DNA of 64,000 bases from assembly GCA_048772705.1 (NCBI GenBank), contig JBLWGC010000043.1:372001-436000 (forward strand), given 5' to 3'. The stretch is from Leidyana gryllorum EB-2025a. Lineage: Eukaryota; Protista; Apicomplexa. The first letter of the stretch is position 1. Every line of letters starts with the position of its first letter. The translations under genes were made by a program, and so were the position numbers. The notes below the pieces were generated by a model, which saw only the letters and a list, made by a program, of their open reading frames with translations, was not told the DNA's origin and made no database searches. Below are positions 35,501 through 45,703 of this stretch, one piece after another.

Positions 35501-38500
35501 ATCTTGTTGCTTTTCTATGTCGCGTGCAACCCTACATTCGTTTGTGTGTCGGTCCTGTAGTCGGTGGTCACCTTCTCGCTGCTGAGTGGGTGACCTCCCA
35601 GGACGCGCGTCTCTTCTACTTTCGTCGTTCCCCACCCGTGTGCTGTGAGGGTTGTGACAAATGTCGTCGGCCTCGTATTTTACTGGCCCTGTGTCAGCTC
35701 CACTTTTGTGCTTGTCGTTGGTTCACCGATCGTTTGTCTTGTTTGGTATCTGTTGTACCTTATCTTTCACTTCTTACCGCCCTCTCTCACGTGTCTATGG
35801 GCACTTCACGTTTTGAGGTGGCGTCGGTGCTCATGGGACCGTGCCACCAATTGGGAGATGGTGATCGCGAGGCTGAATATCGAGGCTGTTGGCGACTGCG
35901 AAGCTTAAGGTACTGTACATCTCTGGGGCATGAAGACTGACTTTAATGGTGCCGTTTGTGCTTCCCGGCGAATGTTATCGATACGAGAGGACAGCTTGCC
36001 CGTCGTTGGGCGACTCAGGATTTGTGCAAAAGCCATTTTGCACGAATCCATAGCACTAGTCGCCTATGCACCGAGCGTGCACGGCTGGATGCACATTTGA
36101 GGATCAACTATCGTAAATGAGGGGTCTCGAGGAACATGAAGAGGTTGGGAAGTTCTCCATCCCAACGATCTCAATCCTTCGATTGAGTAGCTGGCTCAGC
36201 TTGAAATAAGAAATCGGCACATAATGATGCATCTGGAGACCAATCAAACTTTCTAACGCAAAGAGTCAATGGTGGTGTGTTGGTGACACGAGCCAGAAAT
36301 TGCAAGTGGATTGTGCTGACGGGGGTTCGGTTGTACACTGTGACGATGTAAGAGACAGACGGGCCGCCTGGTTACAAACCTGTGTGATACCCGTGGATGA
36401 GGGCTGGTGGTGGATGAAGGCTCATGGGCCGTCTCTGTCTCTAGGAGGCACAAGACGCGCAGAGAGGCGCATTTGCACACTGCTCATAGTGCCACGCGCA
36501 GACAGCGCACGCCATGCGCACAAGACACATAGTGGGCAAGCAAAAGTATTGCGCGGCTGATGCGCTATGCTAATGGGATAGGTGCATCTCAGTGTCAAGC
36601 ACTCTGCAGATGAGAAGCACAATGATCTGATTATCAGTCTTGTGTGCGCACATTCGGTGCGCTAATGCACCGAGTGCGGGTTGCAAACTGTGATTATATC
36701 ATGCGCAGAACTTGCGTAGAGTTCGCGCAGCATGAAAACTCTGTCGCAAATCCATTGCTCACAGCCGTGCATTTATGCTATGCACTGTGATCCAGACACA
36801 GTGGATCTTGCGTGGAGCCGGTCTAAGATGATCAATCAATACTGTGTCCTGACAAGTTGCTCTGACCTAGGAGGGCAAGTCGATGATTAGGAGCCAGGAC
36901 GTCCAACTTTCTGTTGCCTCTCCCCTATCTTCCCATTTCCCACATTTGCTAATGATTTCTTTGTTTCCAGTTGCGCGAGGCTTTGAGGCAATTCGATAAT
37001 TTGATGCTGATGTTGTCTGAGCTCCCTTCGGATGCGCGGCCACGATGGAGAGACGCATTTCAACGCCACACCCCGTGGGACTTTCTGCTTTTGAAGTAAG
37101 TTGTTTGATGGTTTGGAGTTCGGCAGTATGTGGTTATGACTCTGTTCAGGGTGACGGCAGGTGCAATGACCATTTCAGAGTTCGCTCGAAGTTTGGTCCC
37201 ACCTGTATCGAGTTCTGAACGTGAGAAAGAAGTCGCTCGGTTGGCAGCTTTAACGGGAGTCGTGATTGCGGGGCTGATTGAGACGCAAGCACATCTAAAA
37301 CGTGAGTCGATTAGGTTGTATTCAGATGGTTTGTGTCTTTAAAGAGAGCACTGTCCTGGAGTTTCTTGGCCAATTGGCATCACTATTCGAAAAAGGTAGT
37401 TGGTCCGATCGAAGACGGATCGAAGATCTATGGCGAGGCTGTATGGACTATGCAGTGGACTTACCGTGGAATTACACGGTCATTTGGGAGATAGTATCGG
37501 GGATAGTGTCCGGCAAAGAGGCGGAGAGCACCCTGAACCACGTTCAGACTGCTCTCGGAGAGCACGTGTCCGCAAAAGAGTTGGAGAGTCTGGAGGTCGT
37601 GTGTCTGGGTGGGGGGCGGGAAGGAGTGAGTGATGCCATGGAGGATTTGGTGGGGACGCTCGGTTTCCCTGAAGTGTTTGTGGTAGCGGCGATGGCAAAG
37701 TGCTTAAGCAATAACTCTCTGATGGTGGCACAGCTGTGGTGGGCAGCCTATGTGCGTTGTTCCACTGAGCCACAGGGTTTCGGAGGTCATTCCCCTCATC
37801 GAGAAACTTCGTGGTACCGGACATTGATGCAGAAGTGTCACGCTCCGGGCGAGTTTGTCAAGTCGGCGGGTGGATGTGTGTTGAAAGTTATAGAGTCACT
37901 GACTGTTCGTCCGTCGTCTTATTTGCCGACGTTGGTGAAGAACATATGGAGTCTGTCATTCTGCGACCTGAGTGCTTTGCCGCAGATGGCTCTGACAGTG
38001 CATAATTGCAGCCGTATTGACATGGGGAAGTGGCTGACAGAGACTTTCTTTGACATGCTGACACGTAACTATCTGAACACAGCTTTGCCGTATGACTTGG
38101 TGCAAATTGTGGAGGGAGTAGCGGTCGTTGGTCACGAGAGATTCGCGAGTTTATATTGGATTGACGGCTGTCCGTTTGTGACGAAGGACAGATTCCGGAG
38201 ACGTGGGGTAGACACTTTGAGTGTGGCGGATGTGGAAGAAGACGGAGAGTGGCGGCTGATCTACGAGGAATATTACACCAAAGGGGGAGTTCCTTTGACT
38301 CAGTATTTGGTGTGGATAAAGAATACGCTGAGTCTGATATATTGCGAGCAGACGGAGATGATGGACGCAGATTTGAAGCTGTTGACGGCGGATGGGAAAG
38401 TGGCGTTCGAGAAGCTGGAAGGACAGGCGCGGTTCAGCGAGGCCTATGAGGCGACGAACGCTGCGTTGGATTTGTTGGAGACGCCTGAGAGTGTATCTTT

Positions 38501-39086
38501 CATAGCGATGGCCGACGCCTTGGCAAAGCGAGACGACTTTGTGCGGGGCGCGAATGAACCAGCAGTGAACAGAGAGTTGTATGCCAAGTTGGAGGAGATG
38601 GAGAAGCAGCGGCTGCCGACTGACACGTGGATGAGTATCGACTTTTGGAAATGGGTCAACAGCACCGAGTTGTTCCTGAATTACCTTCGGAACCCTCATT
38701 TGTGGTCGCGGGCGGATGACTACACTCGAGAGGTGATCAGTTCAATTCGAGTGCAAGTGTGGTTCATCTACACTGTGGCCATCATGATGGCCAACACTGC
38801 TGCCAAATATCCGCCGCCCTCAGCGAGAGGTCGTCGCCCTCCAATGTCGAACCCCGGGAGCAGCGTGAGTGTGCTGCCGGGCGCGTCGTCCCCGGCGGGT
38901 GTGCAGGATGTGATCACTGAAGAGAAACTCGTGAGGGAGTTTGGACTCGTCAAAGAGTGGGACTACAGTGGCAAGGACGGAGAGGAAGTTGGATTGAGAC
39001 GGCCGCGAAACACGCAGGGCGTTGAGCGGTTGCTGGAAGGGTGTTTCAGATATCTGAATATTCGTGTGGATGCTCGGCGTCTTTGA
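29547..39086 (+). CDS. NUP98: Nup98-Nup96 nucleoporin polyprotein (multi-exon; includes giant intron 34516-36970)
   Basis: About 30 GLFG repeats; GLEBS-like motif (NIMSLP...SLDMLRWEDY); autoprotease domain (YSTRPT...GLNKKAVVTLYNC...WKFAVEHFSRY) with HF/S at 33301-33309; helical Nup96-like remainder joined in frame across 34515/36971 (HTEV-LREALRQF). Confidence 0.88.
34804..34907 (+). repeat. Tandem array of 8 x 13 bp (TCTCGTGTGCCAA)
   Basis: Eight consecutive near-identical units with degenerate copies on both flanks. Confidence 0.95.
35101..35330 (+). repeat. Tandem array of 19/21-bp units (GTRTGTGCCATCTCTCACA x3; GTGTGTGCCAACTCCCGCACT x5 plus variants)
   Basis: Read directly; shares the TGTGCCA core with the 13-bp array. 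Confidence 0.95.
35990..36810 (+). ncRNA. Candidate structured intronic RNA segment (hairpin cluster), family unknown
   Basis: Hairpins at 36018-36049, 36144-36166, 36170-36187, 36189-36201, 36648-36677, 36702-36729 and 36783-36803, some with G-U pairs on the + strand. Confidence 0.4.
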
Positions 39087-39137
39087 ATGTGGAAAAAAAC
39101 TTTGACTTGTTTGTGAGAAATAGCGCGCGAGCGAGAA

Positions 39138-41479
39138 ATGGGTGTCAAGACGATTGCTGTGTCGGTGCCAGAGACACCCCTCACAGCGACCCGTTTGCTC
39201 GCTGCATTGGTTACAGAGACTGAGAATAACAAGGATGTCAAGTTGAAAGTAACCCGTAACAATGACGGTGTCATCGAGATAGACGGAGTCAAGTATGACG
39301 ACTTTCAAGCAGCCGCCCATCTGTTGTCTCAAACCGTTGCAACCCGAACGTTGATGCTGCCGAGCACTTGGCAGCCGCTGGTGTTCCCCAGTGACCCCAA
39401 GGACAGAAGTCTGATGGGCAAATTGGGTCCTCTCAACAAACAGTTGCAGTACACTCCCTATATTGAGGGCTATCGGCTCTCTCTCAGTGACATTCTCCAG
39501 TTCATCAACTTGGGTCTGACTGTGAATTTCGACATTGCCAAACTCCCCGGAAAGAACGCCTTCCCACACGTCTTCCGGTGGTTTGACTTTATGGCCGGCT
39601 TCAAGTTTGTCATCGACCACCTCCCAGCGGCCGCTGACGCGAAAAAGGACACCGAGGGCGCGGACAAAGCCGAAACCAACAAAAAACAGACCGCCCCCGC
39701 TGCCCCGCAGCAAACCGAAGAGGAGAAATTCAGAGAGATGGAGGCGAGTTTCGCCTCCCGACTGCCGGGAGCCAAGATGGGCGAAGTGGTCACCCGATTC
39801 CCTCCGGAACCCTCGGGATATCTCCACATTGGCCACGCTAAGGCCGCGCTGCTCAATTCGTTCTACGCCAAATACTTCAACGGCAAACTCTTAATCCGCT
39901 TCGACGACACCAACCCGTCAAAGGAGAAAGCCGAGTTTGAACAAAGTATCATCGAGGATCTGCAGCTGTTGGGTGTCGAGCAGGTGCAACACGTCAGCTA
40001 CACCTCCGACTATATGGAACAGCTCCAGGAGGCCTGCCGAAAGATCCTCGAGGAGGGCAAAGCCTACGTCGACAACACTCCCACCGAACAGATGCGCGCC
40101 GAACGCTTCGACGGCATCGAGAGCGCCTGCCGGAACCTCGAGGTCGCCGAAAACCTCCGCCGCTGGGACGAAATGCTCAAAGGCTCCGAGGAGGGACAAA
40201 CGATGTGTGTGCGTGTCAAGATTGACATGAAGAACCCCAACAAGTGTATGAGAGATCCCGTCATTTACAGAACGAACGTTGGAATTCCCCATCACCGGAC
40301 TGGCACGAAATACAAAGCGTATCCGACATACGATTTTGCGTGTCCGTTGGTTGACAGTTGGAGTGGAGTATCTCACGCCCTGCGTACCAATGAATACGCG
40401 GATCGTATCCCTCAGTACTACTTTATTCAGGACCTTCTTGGCGTCAGACGCACCACAGTCTACGAGTTTAGCCGTCTCAACTTTTGCAATACTGTCCTCT
40501 CCAAACGTAAGCTGCAGTGGCTCGTGGACACTGGAGTCGTGGACGGCTGGGACGATCCTCGCTTCCCCACCGTGCGCGGCATGAGAAGACGGGGTCTCCA
40601 GATCCAGACACTGCACGAGTTTGTCATCGAGCAGGGCCCCAGCAAGAACACCAACATGATGGAGTGGGACAAGTTGTGGAGTAAGAACGCCCGAGTCATC
40701 GACCCCGTGGCCGTGAGGTGCATGGCTGTCAGCGCGGACGATCCAGTCGTATTGGATCTGAGCAGCGCCGAGAACGCCGAGCAGCTCGGCCAAACCAAAT
40801 CCCGCAAGCGTCCTCTCCACCCCAAGAATCCGTCACTGGGCGAGACAGAGCTCAACTTTGCCTCCAATGTGTACCTCGAGCGCGAGGACGCCGAAGCCAT
40901 CGCGGAGGGCGAGGAGATTACTCTGATGCGCGTGGGCAATGTCGTAGTGTCCAAAGCTCACAAAGGAGCCGATGGGAAACTCGTGCGTCTGGAAGGACAG
41001 CTGAATCTGAGTGGAGACGTCAAGAAGACCAAAAAGAAGATCCATTGGGTCGCTGCCGAGGAGCCCAACAAACTGCTCAAATTCAAACTGCGCGAGTTTG
41101 ACCATCTCATCACCAAAAAGAAGCCCGAAGATGGCGACGAAATGAAAGACATTGTCAACGCCAATTCTGTCTTTGACACGTGGTGCTATGGAGAGGACTA
41201 TGTGAGAAGTTTGACCAAAGGTGAGAGTCCGGAATAGAGCGGTGGTCGTTGTAACTCGCGGTGTAGGGACTGTGTTGCAGCTGGAGCGTCGTGGATTCGC
41301 AATCGTCGACAAGGCCGATCCCACCGACACTGTTCTGATAAAGATACCGGTGAGTCTTGTGGCCAAAGGGTGGTGACATTTAATTGTTGCAGGACGGTCG
41401 CATGAAAGCAATGTCTGTGCTAAGCACCAAAGTGGACGCAGCCAGTTTGATGAAAGGTGGAGCAGTGGGGACTGCCTGA
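39138..41479 (+). CDS. EARS: Cytosolic glutamyl-tRNA synthetase with GST-C-like N-terminal domain
   Basis: VVTRFPPEPSGYLHIGH, RFDDTNP, PTYDFACP, HALRTNEY, VLSKRKL, WDDPRFPT; two short 3' introns, then LQLERRGF. Confidence 0.97.
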
Positions 41480-41614
41480 AGCGTCTCTCTGTTTCAATAA
41501 CAATTTTTCGTTCTTTCCTCTCGACAACTGGAACTTTGCTTTGCTTTGCTTTGCTTCACTTTACTTTGCTTAGACTTACACTTTCTTCTCACTGATCCAT
41601 CCCTTTGCTGCTCG

Positions 41615-43245
41615 ATGGTCCATCTATCTGTCGTCTTATGTACTGCCGCCATCGCACTGGCGGCGCCGCATGTGCCGGACGCTCGACCCCCAATAGATCG
41701 CCGGAACTTCAACAACGAAGCTGTCGAGACTTACATTGAGACCGTGGCGGCGGAGATAAGAGATGAGGATTTGGCCCAGATGTGGCGAAACACTTTCCCC
41801 TCTACACTGGGTGAGTGGCTGGGCACAGATAGTTTCAGCCAATAAGAGTTCCGCAGATACAACATTCCATTGGCATAACTTCGAGGAGACCGAATGCCCT
41901 CTCGAGCTCTTCAGATCGCCATGTCCTCTCGCGTTCATCATCACTGGAGGTAAGTCGATGATGGTGGCTGCGAAGGGAAAGTGAAATTCTTCTTTGGGCA
42001 GATATTCCCGCAATGTGGCTCCGGGACTCCACCAATCAGATCGTCCACTATGCAAACTTAATTCAAACTGACACCACTGGCGATATTGCCAAACTGTTCC
42101 TCGGAACAATTAACATGCAATCCTATTACATTCTACAGTATGTGTGGGCTAACGCCTTCAAGAGCCCGGACTGGACCGGACACGATTCGGGGGCCAATCC
42201 GTGGTCTCACGATGACATTGTCAAACCTGCATACGATGACTCCCTCGTCTGGGAGGCTAAATTCGAGGTCGACTCTTGGGCCGCACTCTTCCGTCTCGCC
42301 GTCGTCTTTTGGGAGAACGCCAGTGCCACCCAACGACCCGACCTGTGGGACGGCCCCTTCCTTCGAGCGCTCACGGCCATCGTTATGGCCGCTAACACGA
42401 TGCAGCCCGGAACCAAAGACGAGGATTGGGAAGCACCCTACACTTTCACACGTCTTGAGAGAATGCCCACAGAAACACAGTTTGTCGCCGGACAGGGCAA
42501 CATTGTCAAGCGCACCGGAATGGTCCGCTCTGCCTTCCGCCCCTCGGACGACGCGACCGTCCTGCCGTTCCTGGTGCCTTCCAATATGATGTTCGGTGCC
42601 AATCTGGCGAGAGTGGCAGAAATACTGAGAGAAGGAGGTCAACAGACCAACATTGCTCGCATGTGCGAGACTCTGGCGGAGCAGGTCAAAGAGGGCATCC
42701 AAAACTTTGCCATCGTGGAAGACAAAGACTGTGAAGACTCCACCTCCTGTGCCCACTATGTCTTCGAGGTCGACGGCTATGGCGGTGTCACCGATATGGA
42801 TGACTCCAACGTCCCCAACCTCCTCTCTGCTCCTCTATATGGCTACACCACCATCGACGATCCCATCTATCAACGCACTCGCGCCCGCTCACTCAATCCC
42901 GACACCAACCCGTGGTACTTCCGCAACGAGACCACCGGCATTGAAGGCGTGGGCTCGCCGCATACGGGATTGAAACGAGTCTGGCCCATGGCTGTGGCGA
43001 GTCAGGCAATGACCACCCGCAATCGAACTGAGATCGAAAACTGCTTAACAGTCCTCCTGGATATGCAGGCCGGCACGGGCCTCATGCATGAGGGAGTCCA
43101 TGTTGACAACCCTCGCGATTACACTCGTCAGTGGTTCGCCTGGGCAAACTCTGTCTTTGCACAAGTCATTCAATACCTCTACAACGACGAAGATCTCAGA
43201 CAAATCCTACAGGACTATGTGTACGAGCCAAGAATTCAAGTTTAG
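41615..43245 (+). CDS. Secreted glycoside hydrolase family 125 (exo-alpha-1,6-mannosidase-like); 3 exons
   Basis: Signal peptide; NTFPSTLDTT, IITGDIPAMWLRDST, WEAKFEVDS, SAFRPSDD, FEVDGYG, MDDSNVPNLLS, GSPHT, WPM, FAWANS. Confidence 0.92.
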
Positions 43246-43389
43246 TCCCATTTTTTATCCCAACCGCACGCAGAACACACAGAGGGGAGCTGAAAGTGTT
43301 CTTGCTGTACATTCAATCAATCAATAACACAAACGCACGCACGCACATTCGTATCAAAACAAAACTCGAGTGGCAAATTCTCAATACAC

Positions 43390-45492
43390 TCACTCAGTCA
43401 GCCCATATAAAGGCTGCGCAATCCACGTTTGGTGTCGCGACGGCGGGACCTGGCCCAATAGATCAGGGAGAGGATGCCCTAGAGGCAAGGGCAATGCCCC
43501 GCTCCTAATCAACCATCCTCTGCCGTGCTGCCCCCGCCCGCGCCAATACTTCCAACCCTTCGTGCGCCACACTGAGCGTCGAGACTTCCGTCCGCGCCTG
43601 GATCTCCCACCCTTCGTTCGCGACTTTCGCCCGCGCCCGCGCCTGGACTTCCCACTATTCATAAGTCCATTAAACGGTAGACCTATCATCGTACAGAACC
43701 CAGTTTCTCGACTGTTAATTTCCGCGACTGGTTGAGCCTGGGTGGTGGTCCGCAGAAGAAGAGCTTCTGGCGGAGTACCACATACCTTGGATATAGGCTC
43801 ACAAGTTGGTTTCGAATTAGACACCGCCTCCTCCAGCAACGGGCGAGCAGAGCTCTCCGCCAAAGCAGCTCGAAATCTGTCATTGGCAACGGCAACTTTG
43901 AGCTTAGCCGAAAGTGGAGGTGAGATCGCGCGTGTGCTCGCGTGTGTGCTGGCCCCTCGATCTGGAGAAGTGCTGGTGCCGGTGGGTAATAGGACGTTGT
44001 CAGGTATCTGGCTGACTTTACCGTCCGGAATCTGGCGGTGGTGCTGTCCTGCGGCGGCAGGTTCTGGGGTCTGAGGATCGGAGGGAACCGCCACCGATGC
44101 TTGGAGCTGCTCGGTGGTCGCCCTCGTGAGCTGATGGCAGTTGCTGGAGACGTGCTGTCCAGCCAAGACATTTGACTGCCGAAACCTTTGATAGTTCTTG
44201 TGTAATTGGAGGTTAGCGACTTCCTTGAAGTGTGAGAGTGAGGGAAGATCGCTTGAGTCGAGAGTTTCGGATGGGACCGGGGGCTTCTTGCAACGCCGGT
44301 TACTCAGTGATCCGAGCTTCCAAACCCCATCAGTGCGGCTGTAAGCGGTGGTGGAATAATGGTAATCGCCGATCTTGAAGTGTACTGTCATTTTGTTGGC
44401 GACCCGCCATTCTACACTCCACCCCAGAGCTTCTACCGCAGCAATAAAGTTCCCAGTCATTTCAATGTGGTCTGTTGCAAGATCCCACAGCTCCATCGAC
44501 AGAGGCACTTTCGCTGGCAGACTGTCGACGCTTGTATCGACCATGAGGACGTACATGGGTCGTCCGGAGGGGTCGGCACAGCTGAGAGCCACCCGTTGCC
44601 TGCCTCTGGACCTTCTATGCGTCACGACGCTCAGGCGTGTACCAGAGGGCGGTAAAGAGTGATTCTTGATCGCTTGGCCCAACTGAGCCTCCAAGAGATT
44701 CATGAATTGCTCCTTTTCCTCGTTCGTGCAGAACATCTGTGGTTCAATAACGTATTCACACACGAGTCCTGGTAGCTTCACGTGGGCACTGGTGCAGTCG
44801 TCAGCGACAAATAGTGTCGGGATGGCGCACTCGGGGCCGTGTGGGGCCCAACTCCCTTCTGTCGGCCCCGCGGCATGTCGTTGTACACTGGTTGTCGCTA
44901 CTTGCTCCTCTGAACTTGCATGATGAGTGATAAGCGAAACGAGCTCTTCCTTGACTTTCTCTAAAAGGTATTCGGATACCTGCGAGTTTGAGCTTTCTTC
45001 CGCTATGACGCTCGAAAGCTTCGAGATGATCTCTTTCCACTTGGTCGAATTGGGGAAGTCAAAACTGCCCGAATCCGGAATGGGTGAGTGCGAATTGTCA
45101 AGAAGGCAGCGCACCCCTCGCACTGTGCAGGTGGAGCCCCGCAGAGAGTACTCCACCGCAAGGCAACGGGGGAGAGGTAGCAGATAGGTGGAATCCCCTT
45201 CCTTTTGTTTCAACAGCCCTGGCCCAACCCAATCGTGATAAGTGCAGACCTTTTCTAGAGCTTTGACAGTTCTGTGGGCCCAAACAATGGGGGCCTTGTG
45301 CGCATGGCTTTCTTGGGCGACTGCAGTCTGGAGGGTGGTGGCTTGTGAGCTGCCGCTCAAAGAGGCGGGCTCTGATAGCGGGTTTGTCTCGAGATAGGAG
45401 GAGGACGACGGTACGCCGTTACCAACAAACGCCAACGGTACGACATGGAGAAGCTGCTTTCTCCTGGTGTGACGCAAACGCAGCCCACCCAT
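43390..45492 (-). CDS. Hypothetical protein, paralogue A of tandem unknown family (intronless)
   Basis: Long open frame from ATG 45492; shares the WVGPGLL, LPPSGT, MYVL and KVPL blocks with the two adjacent ORFs. Confidence 0.8.
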   Translation of the reverse strand: MGGLRLRHTRRKQLLHVVPLAFVGNGVPSSSSYLETNPLSEPASLSGSSQATTLQTAVAQESHAHKAPIVWAHRTVKALEKVCTYHDWVGPGLLKQKEGDSTYLLPLPRCLAVEYSLRGSTCTVRGVRCLLDNSHSPIPDSGSFDFPNSTKWKEIISKLSSVIAEESSNSQVSEYLLEKVKEELVSLITHHASSEEQVATTSVQRHAAGPTEGSWAPHGPECAIPTLFVADDCTSAHVKLPGLVCEYVIEPQMFCTNEEKEQFMNLLEAQLGQAIKNHSLPPSGTRLSVVTHRRSRGRQRVALSCADPSGRPMYVLMVDTSVDSLPAKVPLSMELWDLATDHIEMTGNFIAAVEALGWSVEWRVANKMTVHFKIGDYHYSTTAYSRTDGVWKLGSLSNRRCKKPPVPSETLDSSDLPSLSHFKEVANLQLHKNYQRFRQSNVLAGQHVSSNCHQLTRATTEQLQASVAVPSDPQTPEPAAAGQHHRQIPDGKVSQIPDNVLLPTGTSTSPDRGASTHASTRAISPPLSAKLKVAVANDRFRAALAESSARPLLEEAVSNSKPTCEPISKVCGTPPEALLLRTTTQAQPVAEINSRETGFCTMIGLPFNGLMNSGKSRRGRGRKSRTKGGRSRRGRKSRRSVWRTKGWKYWRGRGQHGRGWLIRSGALPLPLGHPLPDLLGQVPPSRHQTWIAQPLYGLTE

Positions 45493-45703
45493 CGGCTCCC
45501 CAAAAAAAGTGTGGTACGAGCCGGATGCTTTATGTCGAACTTGCAACCGGTTCGAGGGGATGAACACAACGTGTGTCACACTCTGCTGCCTAATGTGTTT
45601 GTCGCGTTACACAATATGTATTCTTCTCGTAGTCGTCGAATTCTATCAAACTAAAACAATTGCGGTGGGAGACGCATTATGCAGATGACCTAAAGTCTCT
45701 CTC

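Larger units (their letters stand above)
34516..36970 (+). other. 2,455-nt spliceosomal intron of NUP98-96
   Basis: Donor GTG|gtaagt; branch-like gctaat, pyrimidine tract and ttccag acceptor; phase-0 join keeps the reading frame. Confidence 0.75.

Noticed and set aside
34590-35940. Cys-rich ORFs (e.g. 35023-35940, 305 aa)
   Set aside because: Open in several frames only because the TGTG repeats lack stop codons; no coding signature.
36144-36245. RNase P/MRP RNA (GGAAGTTC resembles CR-I)
   Set aside because: No matching CR-V consensus was found, so it is left as an unassigned structure.
34578-36870. Telomerase RNA
   Set aside because: The size and end-pairing are suggestive, but no 1.5-repeat template for TTAGGG, TTTAGGG or TTTAGG was found on either strand. 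CAACCCTACA at 35527 is not a convincing match.
34578-36870. Group II intron, Helitron or autonomous transposon
   Set aside because: No GUGYG start or domain V, no RT/transposase/Rep-helicase ORF and no target-site duplication seen. The terminal CTAG is better explained as a splice acceptor.
37302-39086. Independent 594-aa gene
   Set aside because: It has no ATG at its start and joins upstream exons in frame through short introns, so it is treated as the Nup96 C-terminus.
38820-41411. Long antisense ORFs opposite EARS, and similar shadows opposite RNR1, DHH1 and GH125
   Set aside because: Expected from GC3-biased codon usage on the sense strand; no motifs.
41534-41572. (CTTTG)n tract as a functional element
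   Set aside because: A simple pyrimidine-rich microsatellite in a short intergenic/3' UTR region with no further support.
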